Below, one piece after another: positions 19,126 through 29,532 of a stretch of DNA of 32,000 nt (positions are counted from its first letter, which is position 1; each line of letters begins with the position of its first letter). The DNA is from a bacterium (GTDB lineage Bacteria > UBP7 > UBA6624), in NCBI GenBank assembly GCA_002716355.1, contig PBAU01000010.1, forward strand, positions 30,001 to 62,000. The letters run 5' to 3'. The position numbers and the translations under genes were made by a program. The notes under the pieces are model-generated. The model ran no database searches and had not been told where the DNA came from. It worked only from the letters and a program-made list of their open reading frames with translations.

Positions 19126-19599
19126 ATGTCCTATATACGTGAACTTGCAAAAGAACTAATTGAAGTTGATTTGCCAATTGCAACAAATCCTGTTGCGTCA
19201 TATAAATCTATTCAAATCTCTTCGAAAGGAATGCTTTTTGTCAGCGGTCAGCTGCCTATGAAAGATGGTGAATTAATGCTAAGTGGAATAGTTGGAGAAG
19301 ATCTGTCAATAGAAGAAGGTGAAATATGCGCAAGACAGTGTGCAATTAACATCCTTTCTCAATTAGATAAATACATTGATGAGAATGGTGGCAGAGTCTC
19401 AAAAATCCTGCAGCTTACTGGATTTGTTGCATGCAATAAAACATTTATAAATCATCCGCAGGTTATAAATGGTGCAAGTGATTTTCTTAATAATGTATTA
19501 GGGGATGCTGGCCAGCATAGCAGACAAGCTGTTGGCGTACCATCGTTACCATTAAATGCCCCTGTAGAAATCTCTGCAATTGTTGAAATAAACGCTTAG
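19126..19599 (+). CDS. RidA/YjgF/TdcF family protein
   Basis: 157 aa with VSGQLPM, GRVSKILQLTGFV and SRQAVGVPSLPLNAPVEI, typical of the YjgF/RidA fold. Confidence 0.8.
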   Translation: MSYIRELAKELIEVDLPIATNPVASYKSIQISSKGMLFVSGQLPMKDGELMLSGIVGEDLSIEEGEICARQCAINILSQLDKYIDENGGRVSKILQLTGFVACNKTFINHPQVINGASDFLNNVLGDAGQHSRQAVGVPSLPLNAPVEISAIVEINA

Positions 19600-20981
19600 T
19601 GACAAAAGTAAGAGTCAGGTTCGCACCCTCCCCTTCGGGAAATTTACATTTAGGAAATGCTAGGACTGCATTGTTTAATTGGCTTTTTGCAAAATCTAAT
19701 AATGGAAAATTTATCTTGAGGATAGAAGACACAGATGCTGAAAGATCTTCAGAAAAACACTCTGAAGCTTTAATGAACATACTTGAATGGCTTGATTTAA
19801 AACCAGATGAAAGCCCGAGGTACGGTGGCAACTATAAACCTTACAAGCAATCTGAAAGAAACCATATATACAGTGAAATTATAAAAAAAATGATTCATGA
19901 AAAAAAAGCATTTTGGTCTCCGGCTGAAATGGGAAAAGTAAAAAGGTTTGATGAAGAATGGAGAGATGCAAATTTGTCAAAAGAGGAAGCTGAAAAAATT
20001 GGACCTTCAGCATTAAGGTTTAAATCAGCTAAAGCAGACAAGGTTGAAATTAATGATTTGCTTAAAGGGAATATCAAAGTTAACACAAAACAAATTGGTG
20101 ATTTTGTAATATCAAGAAACGACATGAGGCCACTGTACAATTTTGCATGCGTTATTGATGATCACTCTATGGAGATAAGCCACGTAATAAGAGGAGAAGA
20201 TCATTTGACAAATACAGCAAAACAAATACAGTTATACAAAACTCTTGGATGGAAGATTCCAGAATTCATACATCTGCCATTAGTTATGGGTCCCGATGGA
20301 TCTCCTTTGTCTAAAAGGCATGGAGATGTTTCTGTTGAAAAATTCAAAGAACAAGGATTTCTACCTGAATCAATAATAAATGCTTTAGCAATGCTTGGAT
20401 GGGGCCCAGGTGACGACAGGGAAATATTTTCAAAGGGAGAAATTTCTAAATTATTTAAAATTAAAAAACTAAACACATCACCTTCTAAATTTTTCCCAAA
20501 AAAACTTAATTGGTTCAATGGGCAACATATAAGAAGGCTTAAAAAAGAAAAACTTCAAAGTATCATTGCTAAAAAACTAGAAGGAAATGGTATAAAAGCT
20601 CAAGAAGAAACCATTCTTGATTTGATTGACATCACACAAGAAAGGTTAAGAAGTCTTAATGACATCATTCCTATGATTGGTTTTTTCTTCAAAAGCCCAG
20701 AAACCAACAAAACAAAAGACAGCTTGAAAAACTTTGATGCAAACTCTTTTATGAGGCTTCAGCAGTTAATTGAAGAAATAAATGAAATAGACAAATGGAC
20801 AGAAAAGGAAATTGAAACAAAACTAGAGGGCTGGAGGTTAGAAAAAAACTATCACCCAAAAGAAATCTGGCAACCTTTGAGAATAGCTGTCTCTGGCGGG
20901 AAAGTTTCTCCTCCAATTTTTGAAACGCTTTATTTCTTAGGAAAAAAAGAAACGATTACAAGAATAAAAAAAGTTATCTAA
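19599..20981 (+). CDS. gltX: Glutamate--tRNA ligase
   Basis: Class I HIGH motif (PSPSGNLHLGNART) and KMSKS-type motif (PLSKRHG). GTG start overlaps the preceding TAG (TAGTG). Confidence 0.95.
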   Translation: MTKVRVRFAPSPSGNLHLGNARTALFNWLFAKSNNGKFILRIEDTDAERSSEKHSEALMNILEWLDLKPDESPRYGGNYKPYKQSERNHIYSEIIKKMIHEKKAFWSPAEMGKVKRFDEEWRDANLSKEEAEKIGPSALRFKSAKADKVEINDLLKGNIKVNTKQIGDFVISRNDMRPLYNFACVIDDHSMEISHVIRGEDHLTNTAKQIQLYKTLGWKIPEFIHLPLVMGPDGSPLSKRHGDVSVEKFKEQGFLPESIINALAMLGWGPGDDREIFSKGEISKLFKIKKLNTSPSKFFPKKLNWFNGQHIRRLKKEKLQSIIAKKLEGNGIKAQEETILDLIDITQERLRSLNDIIPMIGFFFKSPETNKTKDSLKNFDANSFMRLQQLIEEINEIDKWTEKEIETKLEGWRLEKNYHPKEIWQPLRIAVSGGKVSPPIFETLYFLGKKETITRIKKVI

Positions 20982-22878
20982 CTTTTTGAGCTAAATATTT
21001 CGCAATCAAAGCTAAGCAAATAAATCCAATCCAAGGTCCAACTGAACCTAATGCTATTACTGGAATACTAATTTTAGAAACTATAACGCCCGCAAGAATG
21101 ATTCCCATCAAAGCCTCTCCTGTTATCAAGCCACTACAGACAAGAATACCTTGCCTGCTTGTATCTTTCTTTTTTCCATAATGCAAATAATGTCTTAAGT
21201 ACCCACCAAGAAATATAGGGACCGCAAGCTCTATTGGAAGATAGATACCCACAGCAACTGCTAAAACAGGAGCCCTGAACGAGCTTCCCGCTCTTTCTAA
21301 TCTTTTATCCCAAAGAATTATCAAAACCCCTATAGCAATACCTATAAAAACCAAATTCCAAGGAAGTGTTGAATTCTCCCCAAGTATCCCATCAGCAACA
21401 GAAGCCATCAAGCCTGCTTGCGGTGCTGCTAGAAAATTCCCTTGAGCCTCTACCGGCAAGTGCAGATCGGAACCTATACCATAAGCATTATGAAGCAAAG
21501 ATAAAACAGGCGTTATGACTAAGGCAGCAACAACAACACCTAAAATCTCCATAACCTCTTGTTTCCATGGTGTTGCATTGATGATGTTTCCACATTTTAA
21601 ATCTTGAAGGATATCTGAACCTATGGAGGCAGCACAACAAACTATACTGCCAACAAATATTGCAGCAGCTGGACCAATCGAACCTTTACCCATGAAAAGC
21701 AAAACAAATGATGTAAATAAAAGTGTTGCGATTGTTATTCCGCTTATTGGGTTATTGCTTGAGCCTACAAGACCACCCATATAACCTGCAACTGAAGAAA
21801 AAAGAAAGCCTGCTAAAACCATAATTATCCCCATTGCTAGGGCTATATTGAGATCGCTTATAACATGGTTGTAATAAAGAACTATTGGAATCAATAATAA
21901 AAAAATTCCTCCAAGGACAAAAGGCATAGGGATATTCCTTTCTTCTCTTGGTAAATCTTTTTGCCCAATACCCATTTTTCTATAAGCTTCCATTCCGCTT
22001 TTGATTCCATCTAAAACGGGCTTCCAAACCTTCAAAAGTGCATAAATTCCACCAACAGCCATTGCTCCAACGCCTAAATATCTGATCTTCTTGCTCCATA
22101 TCAAATAAGCACCATCAACAGGTGAATTTTGAACAATTGAGTTTATTGAATCTCCACCTATAAGTTCATTTCCATTTAAGTAAACATATAAAGGCAAACC
22201 TATTATCCATGCTATACAGCCACCTAAAAAAACTAATATTCCTATATTTTTACCAACTATATAACCAACACCTAAAAGAGCTGGTGATAAATTTGTTCCG
22301 ATGTAGCCAAGCCATTTTCCACCTAGAAACTTAGCTCCTTCAAGAGCTTCACCCCAGGCCTTAAATCCTGACTGGAAAAACTTAAACAAACCACCAATCA
22401 ATGCACTTTGGCCAATTAAAGATGCACCGGCACCACCCTTTTCACCTTCCTTTAAAACTTCAGCGGTTGCAAGGCCTTCAGGAAAGGTTAATTCCTTGCT
22501 ATCTACAATGAAAGCCCTTCTCAGAGGAATACAAAAAAGTATACCCAAAATACCTCCTAAACCTGCAATCAAAGAAACTTCCCAAAAAGAAAAATCAGTC
22601 CAATGTCCAAGCAGTATCAAAGCAGGAATTGTAAAAATAACACCAGCAGCCAAAGACTCTCCTGCACTTGCTGCTGTTTGAACCATATTGTTTTCAAAAA
22701 TATTATTTCCTTTTTTCCTACCAGCAAAACATGCCAATACACCCATTGAAATAACAGCAGCGGGGATGCTTGCACTCACAGTCATACCTGCCTTTAAACC
22801 CAGATAAGCATTTGCACCGGCAAGAGCTGCAGTTATAAATATTGATAAAACTATAGACCTTAAAGTAATCTCCTTCAT
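20974..22878 (-). CDS. OPT family oligopeptide transporter
   Basis: 634 aa polytopic protein. The N-terminus LRSIVLSIFITAALAGANAYLGLKAGMTVSASIPAAVISM is characteristic of bacterial OPT transporters. Its 3' end overlaps convergent gltX by 8 bp. Confidence 0.85.
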   Translation of the reverse strand: MKEITLRSIVLSIFITAALAGANAYLGLKAGMTVSASIPAAVISMGVLACFAGRKKGNNIFENNMVQTAASAGESLAAGVIFTIPALILLGHWTDFSFWEVSLIAGLGGILGILFCIPLRRAFIVDSKELTFPEGLATAEVLKEGEKGGAGASLIGQSALIGGLFKFFQSGFKAWGEALEGAKFLGGKWLGYIGTNLSPALLGVGYIVGKNIGILVFLGGCIAWIIGLPLYVYLNGNELIGGDSINSIVQNSPVDGAYLIWSKKIRYLGVGAMAVGGIYALLKVWKPVLDGIKSGMEAYRKMGIGQKDLPREERNIPMPFVLGGIFLLLIPIVLYYNHVISDLNIALAMGIIMVLAGFLFSSVAGYMGGLVGSSNNPISGITIATLLFTSFVLLFMGKGSIGPAAAIFVGSIVCCAASIGSDILQDLKCGNIINATPWKQEVMEILGVVVAALVITPVLSLLHNAYGIGSDLHLPVEAQGNFLAAPQAGLMASVADGILGENSTLPWNLVFIGIAIGVLIILWDKRLERAGSSFRAPVLAVAVGIYLPIELAVPIFLGGYLRHYLHYGKKKDTSRQGILVCSGLITGEALMGIILAGVIVSKISIPVIALGSVGPWIGFICLALIAKYLAQKVR

Positions 22879-23168
22879 GAAAATCCTCCATTTTTAAATT
22901 CTGAAATAGACCCATAAACATTATCTCCGATATTGACATTGCACAAATCTGAACTCCCTTCAATTGAACCAACCCGCCATAAGATAGCTCCATCTGGCTT
23001 GATATCCATTATAGGAATTGGATTATGAAAAAACTTTTCACCAATCTTGAAAAAAACAAGCTTACCTGTGCTGAAAGATCTTAACCAGGGGGCATGAGTA
23101 TAAAGAACAACGTCTTTATTTGAGACAGGTTCGATACCAACAATCTCAATAAATCCATTTTTCTTCAT
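22875..23168 (-). CDS. Hypothetical 97-aa protein
   Basis: The ORF exactly fills the gap between carB and the OPT gene, with ATGA-type overlaps at both ends. No family recognised. Confidence 0.45.
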   Translation of the reverse strand: MKKNGFIEIVGIEPVSNKDVVLYTHAPWLRSFSTGKLVFFKIGEKFFHNPIPIMDIKPDGAILWRVGSIEGSSDLCNVNIGDNVYGSISEFKNGGFS

Positions 23169-26100
23169 ATGGAATCCTGAAGTGCCCTAACAGGAAAAAC
23201 TTTATCCTCATTGCTCCAAAACTCTAAAGTCTCCACAAAAGCTTCTGCAGATTCAAGATTCGTAAACAAAGGAACCTCATTTCTAACACTTGCTGCCCTA
23301 ATCCTCATGCCATCTGTTTCAGCTTCGCTGTTTCCTGAAACAGAATTAACAACAAAAGAAATACGCTCATCAGATAATAAATTTAATAAATTTGGAGTAC
23401 CTTCGTGAATTTTTCTTATAGGGAAAGCTTCTATTGATTTGGCTTCAAAGAAGTCATATGTTCCAGATGTCGCATAAATCTCATAACCTAACTTTTTAAT
23501 TCTTTTTGCAAGCTTTGCAGCAAAAGGCTTGTCTCTGTCATCGACCGTTATTAAAACAGCACCTTTTCTAATTTTAGAATTGTTAAAACCTAGAGATGTC
23601 CAGGTTTTAGAAAAAACCTCAGTCAAAGATTTTCCGAAACTCATGATTTCTCCAGTCGACTTCATTTCAGGACCTAAGCCAACCTCAACACCTAAAAGTT
23701 TATTAAATGAAAAAACTGGAGCCTTCAAGGTGTTGCACTTTGGTTTTGGGCCCAAGCCTATTGGAACACCTTGATCTTTGATACTTTGACCAAGCATAAC
23801 TTTTGTTGCAACTTTTGCCATTGATATGCCAGTTGCTTTTGCCAAAAATGGAACAGTTCTACTTGCTCTTGGATTGACCTCAAGAACATAAATTGAACCT
23901 TCTGACATGATGTACTGTATATTCAACATTCCTATACATTCAAGACCAAAAGCAATCTTCCTACCAATCTCAACAATTTCATTAATCGTTTTTTCATCAA
24001 GTGAAAAAGACGGAAAAACAGCCATTGAATCACCTGAATGAACGCCAGCTCTTTCAATATGCTCCATAACACCAGGAACATAAATATCAGTACCATCACA
24101 AACCAGATCAATCTCTAATTCTTTACCTAAAATATACTCATCTATTAATATTGGATTTTTTCCATCAACCTGTTCATAAGCATCTTTGACAGCAACAATA
24201 ACATCCTCTTTTGTATAAGCTATGGTCATTGCCCTTCCACCAAGAACAAAAGATGGTCTAACCAATACAGGAAAGCTTAAGACTTCAATTAGCTCTTCTA
24301 GATCCTCGGGACCATCAACAGTATATCCTTTTGGCATATTGACATCTAATTCAGACAACAATCTATCAATTTTTTTTCTATCTTCTGCAATATCTATACC
24401 TGAAAGAGGTGTTCCCAATAAATTAACACCATTTTTTTCAAGTTGATTAGCCATATTTATACTTGTCTGTCCTCCAAACTGCACAATTACACCTTTTGCA
24501 TCTATGTCATCTACCACCTTTAATACATCCTCATGATTTAAAGGCTCAAAAAATAACTGATCAGAAAAATCAAAATCAGTTGAAACTGTTTCTGGGTTAT
24601 TGTTGATCATCACAGCCTCATGACCACTTTCACGAATGGCCTGTAAAGCATGAACACAACAACAGTCAAACTCAATACCCTGACCAATTCTTATAGGTCC
24701 ACCACCAACAACAACTATAGGTGATTTTGTTTTTTCAGATTCGCTATCTTCACCATCTGTACCATAATAATATCTTGTAAAGGATTCAAATTCACTGGCA
24801 CAGGTGTCAACCATCCTAAAAGATCTTTTATCTCTTGATTTTTTAGATGTTTCCTCTCCTGAATAATGGGTGTAAAAGTCAATATCATCTCTGTCAAAAA
24901 ATTCTTGCAATTGCTCTTCGGTGCCGAGCTCTCCAAGAAAAACAAGACGAAGCAATTCTTTAAGCTCTTCTATGAAAAAAGAGTTCCAACCAGAAATAGA
25001 ACAAATTTCCTCGGTTTCCCAACCCCTAAATATAGACTCAAAAATTGCATAAATTCTTTGGTCCGTTGGAGTTTTCAATAAAGACTTAATAAAATCATCT
25101 TCCTTGTCAGCAAAAGGAAATAATTTTTTCCCAGGCATTTCAAGGGAGCCTAAAGCCTTTATGAAGGATTCTTTAAAATTTCTACCTATAGACATAACTT
25201 CACCAGTAGCCTTCATTTGAACGCCAAGCTCCCTGTTAGCCTTTGGAAATTTGTCAAATGGCCATCTAGGTATTTTTGTTACTATGTAATCAAGAGCTGG
25301 CTCAAAACAAGCAGTTGTAGTTCCTGTAACCTTATTTCTTATTTCCGGTAAAGTTTTTCCAGAAGCAATAAGTGCTGCAACCCTGGCAATAGGATATCCT
25401 GTTGCCTTGCTTGCAAGTGCTGAAGATCTGCTGACCCTAGGATTAACTTCTATAACTATATATTCACCATCTTCATTAAGAGCAAATTGAACATTGCAGC
25501 CACCCTTGATGTCAAGACTGTCAATAATCTTCAAGCTTGACGTTCTTAGCTTGTGATATTCTTTATCTGTTAATGTTTGACTTGGTGCAACAACTATTGA
25601 ATCGCCAGTGTGAACCCCCATTGGGTCAAGATTTTCCATATTGCAAACAGTAATGCAGTTACCTGCTCCATCTCTCATAACCTCATACTCAAGCTCTTTC
25701 CAACCATAAATCGATTTTTCCAAAAGAACCTCGGTAACCGGAGACATCTGTAAACCATTTTTTACAATCTCAATAAAGCTCGAAACATCATTTGCAAAAC
25801 CACCGCCAGAACCACCAAGGGTATATGCTGGTCTTATCACAAGAGGAAGACCCATTTTCTTCAAAAAATCTTCAGCTTCATCAAGATTTCTAACAACTCT
25901 GCTCTCTAAAACCGGTTCGCCAATTTGATTCATTAAATCTTTGAAAGAACCTCTATCTTCAGCCATTTGTATAGACTCCAAAGAAGTGCCTAGCAATTTA
26001 ACATTATGTTTTTCAAGTGCTCCACTTTTACCCAACTGAACAGCTAGATTTAATCCTGTCTGTCCACCTAGGGTTGCTAATAAACCTTCTGGCTTTTCTT

Positions 26101-26317
26101 TTTTAATTATTTCAACTAAAGTTTCCAGAACCAAGGGTTCAAGGTATGTTCTGTCAGCAAAATCAACATCAGTCATTATTGTGGCGGGATTATTGTTAAC
26201 CAAAACAATTTCATGCCCTTCTTCTTTTAACGCTCTACAAGCTTGAGAACCAGAGTAATCAAATTCAGCGGCTTGACCAATAACTATTGGGCCACTGCCT
26301 ATAACAAGTATTTTCAT
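23165..26317 (-). CDS. carB: Carbamoyl-phosphate synthase large subunit
   Basis: 1050 aa with duplicated ATP-grasp halves (MKILVIGSGPIVIGQAAEFDYSG and IVVVGGGPIRIGQGIEFDCC) and a C-terminal MGS-like domain. Confidence 0.97.
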   Translation of the reverse strand: MKILVIGSGPIVIGQAAEFDYSGSQACRALKEEGHEIVLVNNNPATIMTDVDFADRTYLEPLVLETLVEIIKKEKPEGLLATLGGQTGLNLAVQLGKSGALEKHNVKLLGTSLESIQMAEDRGSFKDLMNQIGEPVLESRVVRNLDEAEDFLKKMGLPLVIRPAYTLGGSGGGFANDVSSFIEIVKNGLQMSPVTEVLLEKSIYGWKELEYEVMRDGAGNCITVCNMENLDPMGVHTGDSIVVAPSQTLTDKEYHKLRTSSLKIIDSLDIKGGCNVQFALNEDGEYIVIEVNPRVSRSSALASKATGYPIARVAALIASGKTLPEIRNKVTGTTTACFEPALDYIVTKIPRWPFDKFPKANRELGVQMKATGEVMSIGRNFKESFIKALGSLEMPGKKLFPFADKEDDFIKSLLKTPTDQRIYAIFESIFRGWETEEICSISGWNSFFIEELKELLRLVFLGELGTEEQLQEFFDRDDIDFYTHYSGEETSKKSRDKRSFRMVDTCASEFESFTRYYYGTDGEDSESEKTKSPIVVVGGGPIRIGQGIEFDCCCVHALQAIRESGHEAVMINNNPETVSTDFDFSDQLFFEPLNHEDVLKVVDDIDAKGVIVQFGGQTSINMANQLEKNGVNLLGTPLSGIDIAEDRKKIDRLLSELDVNMPKGYTVDGPEDLEELIEVLSFPVLVRPSFVLGGRAMTIAYTKEDVIVAVKDAYEQVDGKNPILIDEYILGKELEIDLVCDGTDIYVPGVMEHIERAGVHSGDSMAVFPSFSLDEKTINEIVEIGRKIAFGLECIGMLNIQYIMSEGSIYVLEVNPRASRTVPFLAKATGISMAKVATKVMLGQSIKDQGVPIGLGPKPKCNTLKAPVFSFNKLLGVEVGLGPEMKSTGEIMSFGKSLTEVFSKTWTSLGFNNSKIRKGAVLITVDDRDKPFAAKLAKRIKKLGYEIYATSGTYDFFEAKSIEAFPIRKIHEGTPNLLNLLSDERISFVVNSVSGNSEAETDGMRIRAASVRNEVPLFTNLESAEAFVETLEFWSNEDKVFPVRALQDSI

Positions 26318-26772
26318 TCTTTTAAAACCACCTTTCCTTTTTTTTCAATTGATCCCGAAAGAGTGTCAATCTCTATGCTCAATCCAATTCCTGAAATAAA
26401 AACATGACCATAATCGATTTCAAAAGAAGAATCAGCATAAGCTTTACCCTCAAGGATATCCAAACTTAATGAATCTGCTGAAAGGTTGAAGCCTGAAGGC
26501 GAGCTCATAAAAACATCACTCAGGAAAAACTCATTACTTTCTCGATCCCAGAATCCATCCGATGAATCAAGCTTCAAAACCCCTGCCCCTTTAGAAAAAA
26601 CCATATCTATATTTTCCAAAAATAAAGCTTCATCTAAATTTTCCTGAAAACCTTCACCAGAAAGTTGCACTAAAGGATTGCCACTCTGGTCAGATATAGT
26701 TAAAGATATAGGACTACTAAAAAATGCACCTAAAAAAAGAAGGGGGAGGAGCCAATTTACACTCATAAGCAA
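26314..26772 (-). CDS. LptC-like periplasmic protein (tentative)
   Basis: Single N-terminal TM (NWLLPLLFLGAFFS) followed by a beta-rich domain. It sits immediately downstream of kdsC, as in the canonical kdsC-lptC arrangement. The sequence match by eye is weak. Confidence 0.4.
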   Translation of the reverse strand: MLMSVNWLLPLLFLGAFFSSPISLTISDQSGNPLVQLSGEGFQENLDEALFLENIDMVFSKGAGVLKLDSSDGFWDRESNEFFLSDVFMSSPSGFNLSADSLSLDILEGKAYADSSFEIDYGHVFISGIGLSIEIDTLSGSIEKKGKVVLKE

Positions 26773-27299
26773 TTTAAAAAAAGGTCAACAAGCTCTCTGA
26801 AAGCGCCCTCTCCCCCTCTCTTAGACAAAATAAAATCAGATTCTTTTTTCAGCAAAGCTTGAGAATCTGCAACACAGCAACCTAAGCCAGAACTCTGAAT
26901 ACATTCAAGGTCATTCAAATCATCACCAAGATAAACTACTTGAGAAAAATTTATTTTTTTCTCTTTTAAATAACTTGAAAGAATTTTTAATTTATCATCT
27001 ACCCCAAGGCCGACTATATCCCAACCCAAATCCTTCACCCTTGCAACACTTGAACCATCTTTTCTGCCAGATAAGACAGCAACAGCCACACCTTTTTCAA
27101 GAAGCAGCTTCCCGCCATAACCATCATGTACATTAAATTGCTTCATGATCTCCAAGCCAGTGTAGTAAAGATTTCCATTTGTAAGCGTTCCGTCAATATC
27201 AGTAACGAAAAGTTTAATGTTGGATGCATCAATACTTAAAAATGGATTACTTTTTTTATTTTTTTCCGACAGGTTCCCTACATCGTCTTTGTATTGCAC
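26763..27299 (-). CDS. kdsC: 3-deoxy-D-manno-octulosonate 8-phosphate phosphatase (HAD-IIIA)
   Basis: LFVTDIDGTLT (HAD motif I), VAVLSGR, YLGDDLNDL (motif IV). GTG start overlaps the msrQ TAG (TAGTG). Confidence 0.85.
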   Translation of the reverse strand: MQYKDDVGNLSEKNKKSNPFLSIDASNIKLFVTDIDGTLTNGNLYYTGLEIMKQFNVHDGYGGKLLLEKGVAVAVLSGRKDGSSVARVKDLGWDIVGLGVDDKLKILSSYLKEKKINFSQVVYLGDDLNDLECIQSSGLGCCVADSQALLKKESDFILSKRGGEGAFRELVDLFLNCL

Positions 27300-27889
27300 T
27301 AATCATCAATTCTAGAACGAAAACTTAATTTAAAGGCACGAAAAAACAATAAAAATAAACCGAGAAAAAGATAAGCCAAAGCTAATCCTGGGCCTTCTTT
27401 GGATACTGATTTGAAATAATAATGAAATGCAGAAAATGCAAAAGCTGGATAAATTAATTGGTGCAAATTCTTCCAATTCTTGACACCTATCTTTTTTATT
27501 AAATTGTTATTAGATGTAACTGCAAGAGGAATTAAACAAAAAAATGCAAAAAAACCATAAGCTATAAAAGGTCTTGTTTGGAAGTCCTCATAAACACCAA
27601 AGGATTCAATTTCAAAAAATAAATATACTAAAAAATGAAGCAAGGCGTAAAAGAAAGACGTTAAACCGAATATCCTTCTTGCAAACATAAAAAAAGGTTG
27701 TTTGAAGAATTTAACCAATGGAGTAATCATTAAAGTCAAAAGCAAGAACCTAATTGAGCTTTGACCTGAGTAATGCAATATGCTCTCAACTGGATTGATA
27801 AGATAAAAACTATTTAAAAATGGATAAACAAAACTAAAAATAATGATGGTCCAGCAAAAAAAAAGACATTTTTTTTTATTTAAAACCAT
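27299..27889 (-). CDS. msrQ: Protein-methionine-sulfoxide reductase heme-binding subunit MsrQ (YedZ)
   Basis: Six-TM ferric-reductase-like domain with conserved His positions (LHYSG, LLHFLVY, HQLIY, FHYY). Directly downstream of msrP. Confidence 0.8.
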   Translation of the reverse strand: MVLNKKKCLFFCWTIIIFSFVYPFLNSFYLINPVESILHYSGQSSIRFLLLTLMITPLVKFFKQPFFMFARRIFGLTSFFYALLHFLVYLFFEIESFGVYEDFQTRPFIAYGFFAFFCLIPLAVTSNNNLIKKIGVKNWKNLHQLIYPAFAFSAFHYYFKSVSKEGPGLALAYLFLGLFLLFFRAFKLSFRSRIDD

Positions 27890-28770
27890 TTTTTTAAATC
27901 CATATTTTTATAAAGATCATTAACCTCTTCTCCATAACCGTTATACATTAAAGTTTTTCTCCGTAGCCATTCCCCAATTCTTCTTTCAGTTTTTTGACTC
28001 CATCTAGGATGATCAACATCTGGATTCACATTACTGTAAAAGCCATACTCTTTTGGATTTGATTTAACCCAAGAAGTAAGAGGCATATCTCTTTCAAACG
28101 ATATCTTAACAATTGACTTGATACTCTTGAAACCATACTTCCAAGGAGTCACCAACCTCAAAGGAGCTCCATTCTGATTCAATAAAGATTCACCATAAAT
28201 TCCGGTTGATAAAAAAGACAGAGGATGCATTGCTTCATCCATCCTGAGACCCTCAACATAAGGCCAATCAAGAATGTTACTTTTTTGACCAATCATCTCT
28301 TCTGGCCTGTAAAGAGTTTCAAACTTGACATAACGTGCATTATCATCTGGCTCAAAATGCAATAAAAAATCTCTTAATGAAAAACCTGTCCAAGGGATTA
28401 CCATTGACCAACCCTCAACACACCTGAATCTATAAACTCTCTCTTCAATTTTATTCAATTTAAAAATATCATCCATGTCAAGAGTCTTTGGAGACCTGCA
28501 TAAACCACCCACCTCTACACTCCATGGATGTGTGGTTAGTCTAAATGCATTTTTTTTAGGATCACTTTTCGAAGTGCCAAATTCATAAAAGTTGTTGTAA
28601 GAAGTGATTGCTTCATAAGACGTGGGCTTGTCATTCTGTGAAGCAAAAGATGAAAATTGTGCAAATTTCGAAAGACTAAGGCTTGAAATCCCCAAAAAAG
28701 AATTCTTAATAAAAGATCTTCTTTTAAGGTATATTGATTTTGGTGTAATTTTCAAATCAGACATTCTCAA
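27880..28770 (-). CDS. msrP: Protein-methionine-sulfoxide reductase molybdopterin subunit MsrP (YedY)
   Basis: Tat-type signal (KRRSFIKNS). Sulfite-oxidase-family molybdopterin blocks YRFRCVEGWSMVIPWTG and GAPLRLVTPWKYGFKSIKSI. Confidence 0.9.
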   Translation of the reverse strand: MRMSDLKITPKSIYLKRRSFIKNSFLGISSLSLSKFAQFSSFASQNDKPTSYEAITSYNNFYEFGTSKSDPKKNAFRLTTHPWSVEVGGLCRSPKTLDMDDIFKLNKIEERVYRFRCVEGWSMVIPWTGFSLRDFLLHFEPDDNARYVKFETLYRPEEMIGQKSNILDWPYVEGLRMDEAMHPLSFLSTGIYGESLLNQNGAPLRLVTPWKYGFKSIKSIVKISFERDMPLTSWVKSNPKEYGFYSNVNPDVDHPRWSQKTERRIGEWLRRKTLMYNGYGEEVNDLYKNMDLKKWF

Positions 28771-28824
28771 TTCGATTATAGAAGACGCATAAAAAAATTA
28801 TTTAGAATTCTAGACAGCAAACAA

Positions 28825-29532
28825 ATGAAAATTTCCAAAAATATATACAGTCAGAACTTCATACCTTGTAATATCAAAAATCTAAAAAAAATAAATATCC
28901 TTTCTGTGAAAAAGATAAATACAAAATTACTTGAAAGTCTTCTTGGCTCTATATCTCCAGCTAAAAACGGCTTAATGCAATACCCCTTACCGCTTCCTGG
29001 CTACACAAAAGTTAAAAGCATAATAAAAGATGTATCGCTAAACAACAATTCCTATTTTGAAAATAAAGAAATAGAACAAGATATACAGAAAATAAAATTT
29101 AAAAAATTTTTTGAACTTACATTTTATGAAACAATTCTTTTAAATCTTTTTCTTAATTATTTTTGGGATAATGAAAACTTGATAATTCCATTGCATAAAA
29201 AACTAACCGAAGATCAGCTCAGAATAATCGAAAATACAAATTTTAATAAAATTTATATATCAAAAAAACATGAAAATTTTAATTCTTCTGAATTCCATTT
29301 ATTAAGCCCTGCTGGATCAATTGATGAAAAAATTAATTCAAAAATAAAAATCGATACCTATACATTTGAAACATCAATACCTCCTCAAGATTACCTTGAT
29401 AAAGGTGTTTTCATATGGGAAACATCCCCATCAAACAATGGTTGGAAGATATCCACATTTAAAGAAGAAATTCCAAAAGTGAAAAAAATTGACAATTTTT
29501 CAAATTTTTTAAAATCAAATATAAATCTATGA
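28825..29532 (+). CDS. Hypothetical protein (no recognisable domain)
   Basis: 235-aa ORF, rich in K/N/I, and first gene of a three-gene overlapping unit. Coding status is supported mainly by its length and the ATGA coupling to the next gene. Confidence 0.45.
   Translation: MKISKNIYSQNFIPCNIKNLKKINILSVKKINTKLLESLLGSISPAKNGLMQYPLPLPGYTKVKSIIKDVSLNNNSYFENKEIEQDIQKIKFKKFFELTFYETILLNLFLNYFWDNENLIIPLHKKLTEDQLRIIENTNFNKIYISKKHENFNSSEFHLLSPAGSIDEKINSKIKIDTYTFETSIPPQDYLDKGVFIWETSPSNNGWKISTFKEEIPKVKKIDNFSNFLKSNINL

Noticed and set aside
28803-28812. 10-bp palindrome TAGAATTCTA in the msrP / orf28825 divergent spacer as an operator
   Set aside because: Palindromes of this length are expected many times by chance in 32 kb of AT-rich DNA. 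There is no second copy or flanking symmetry.
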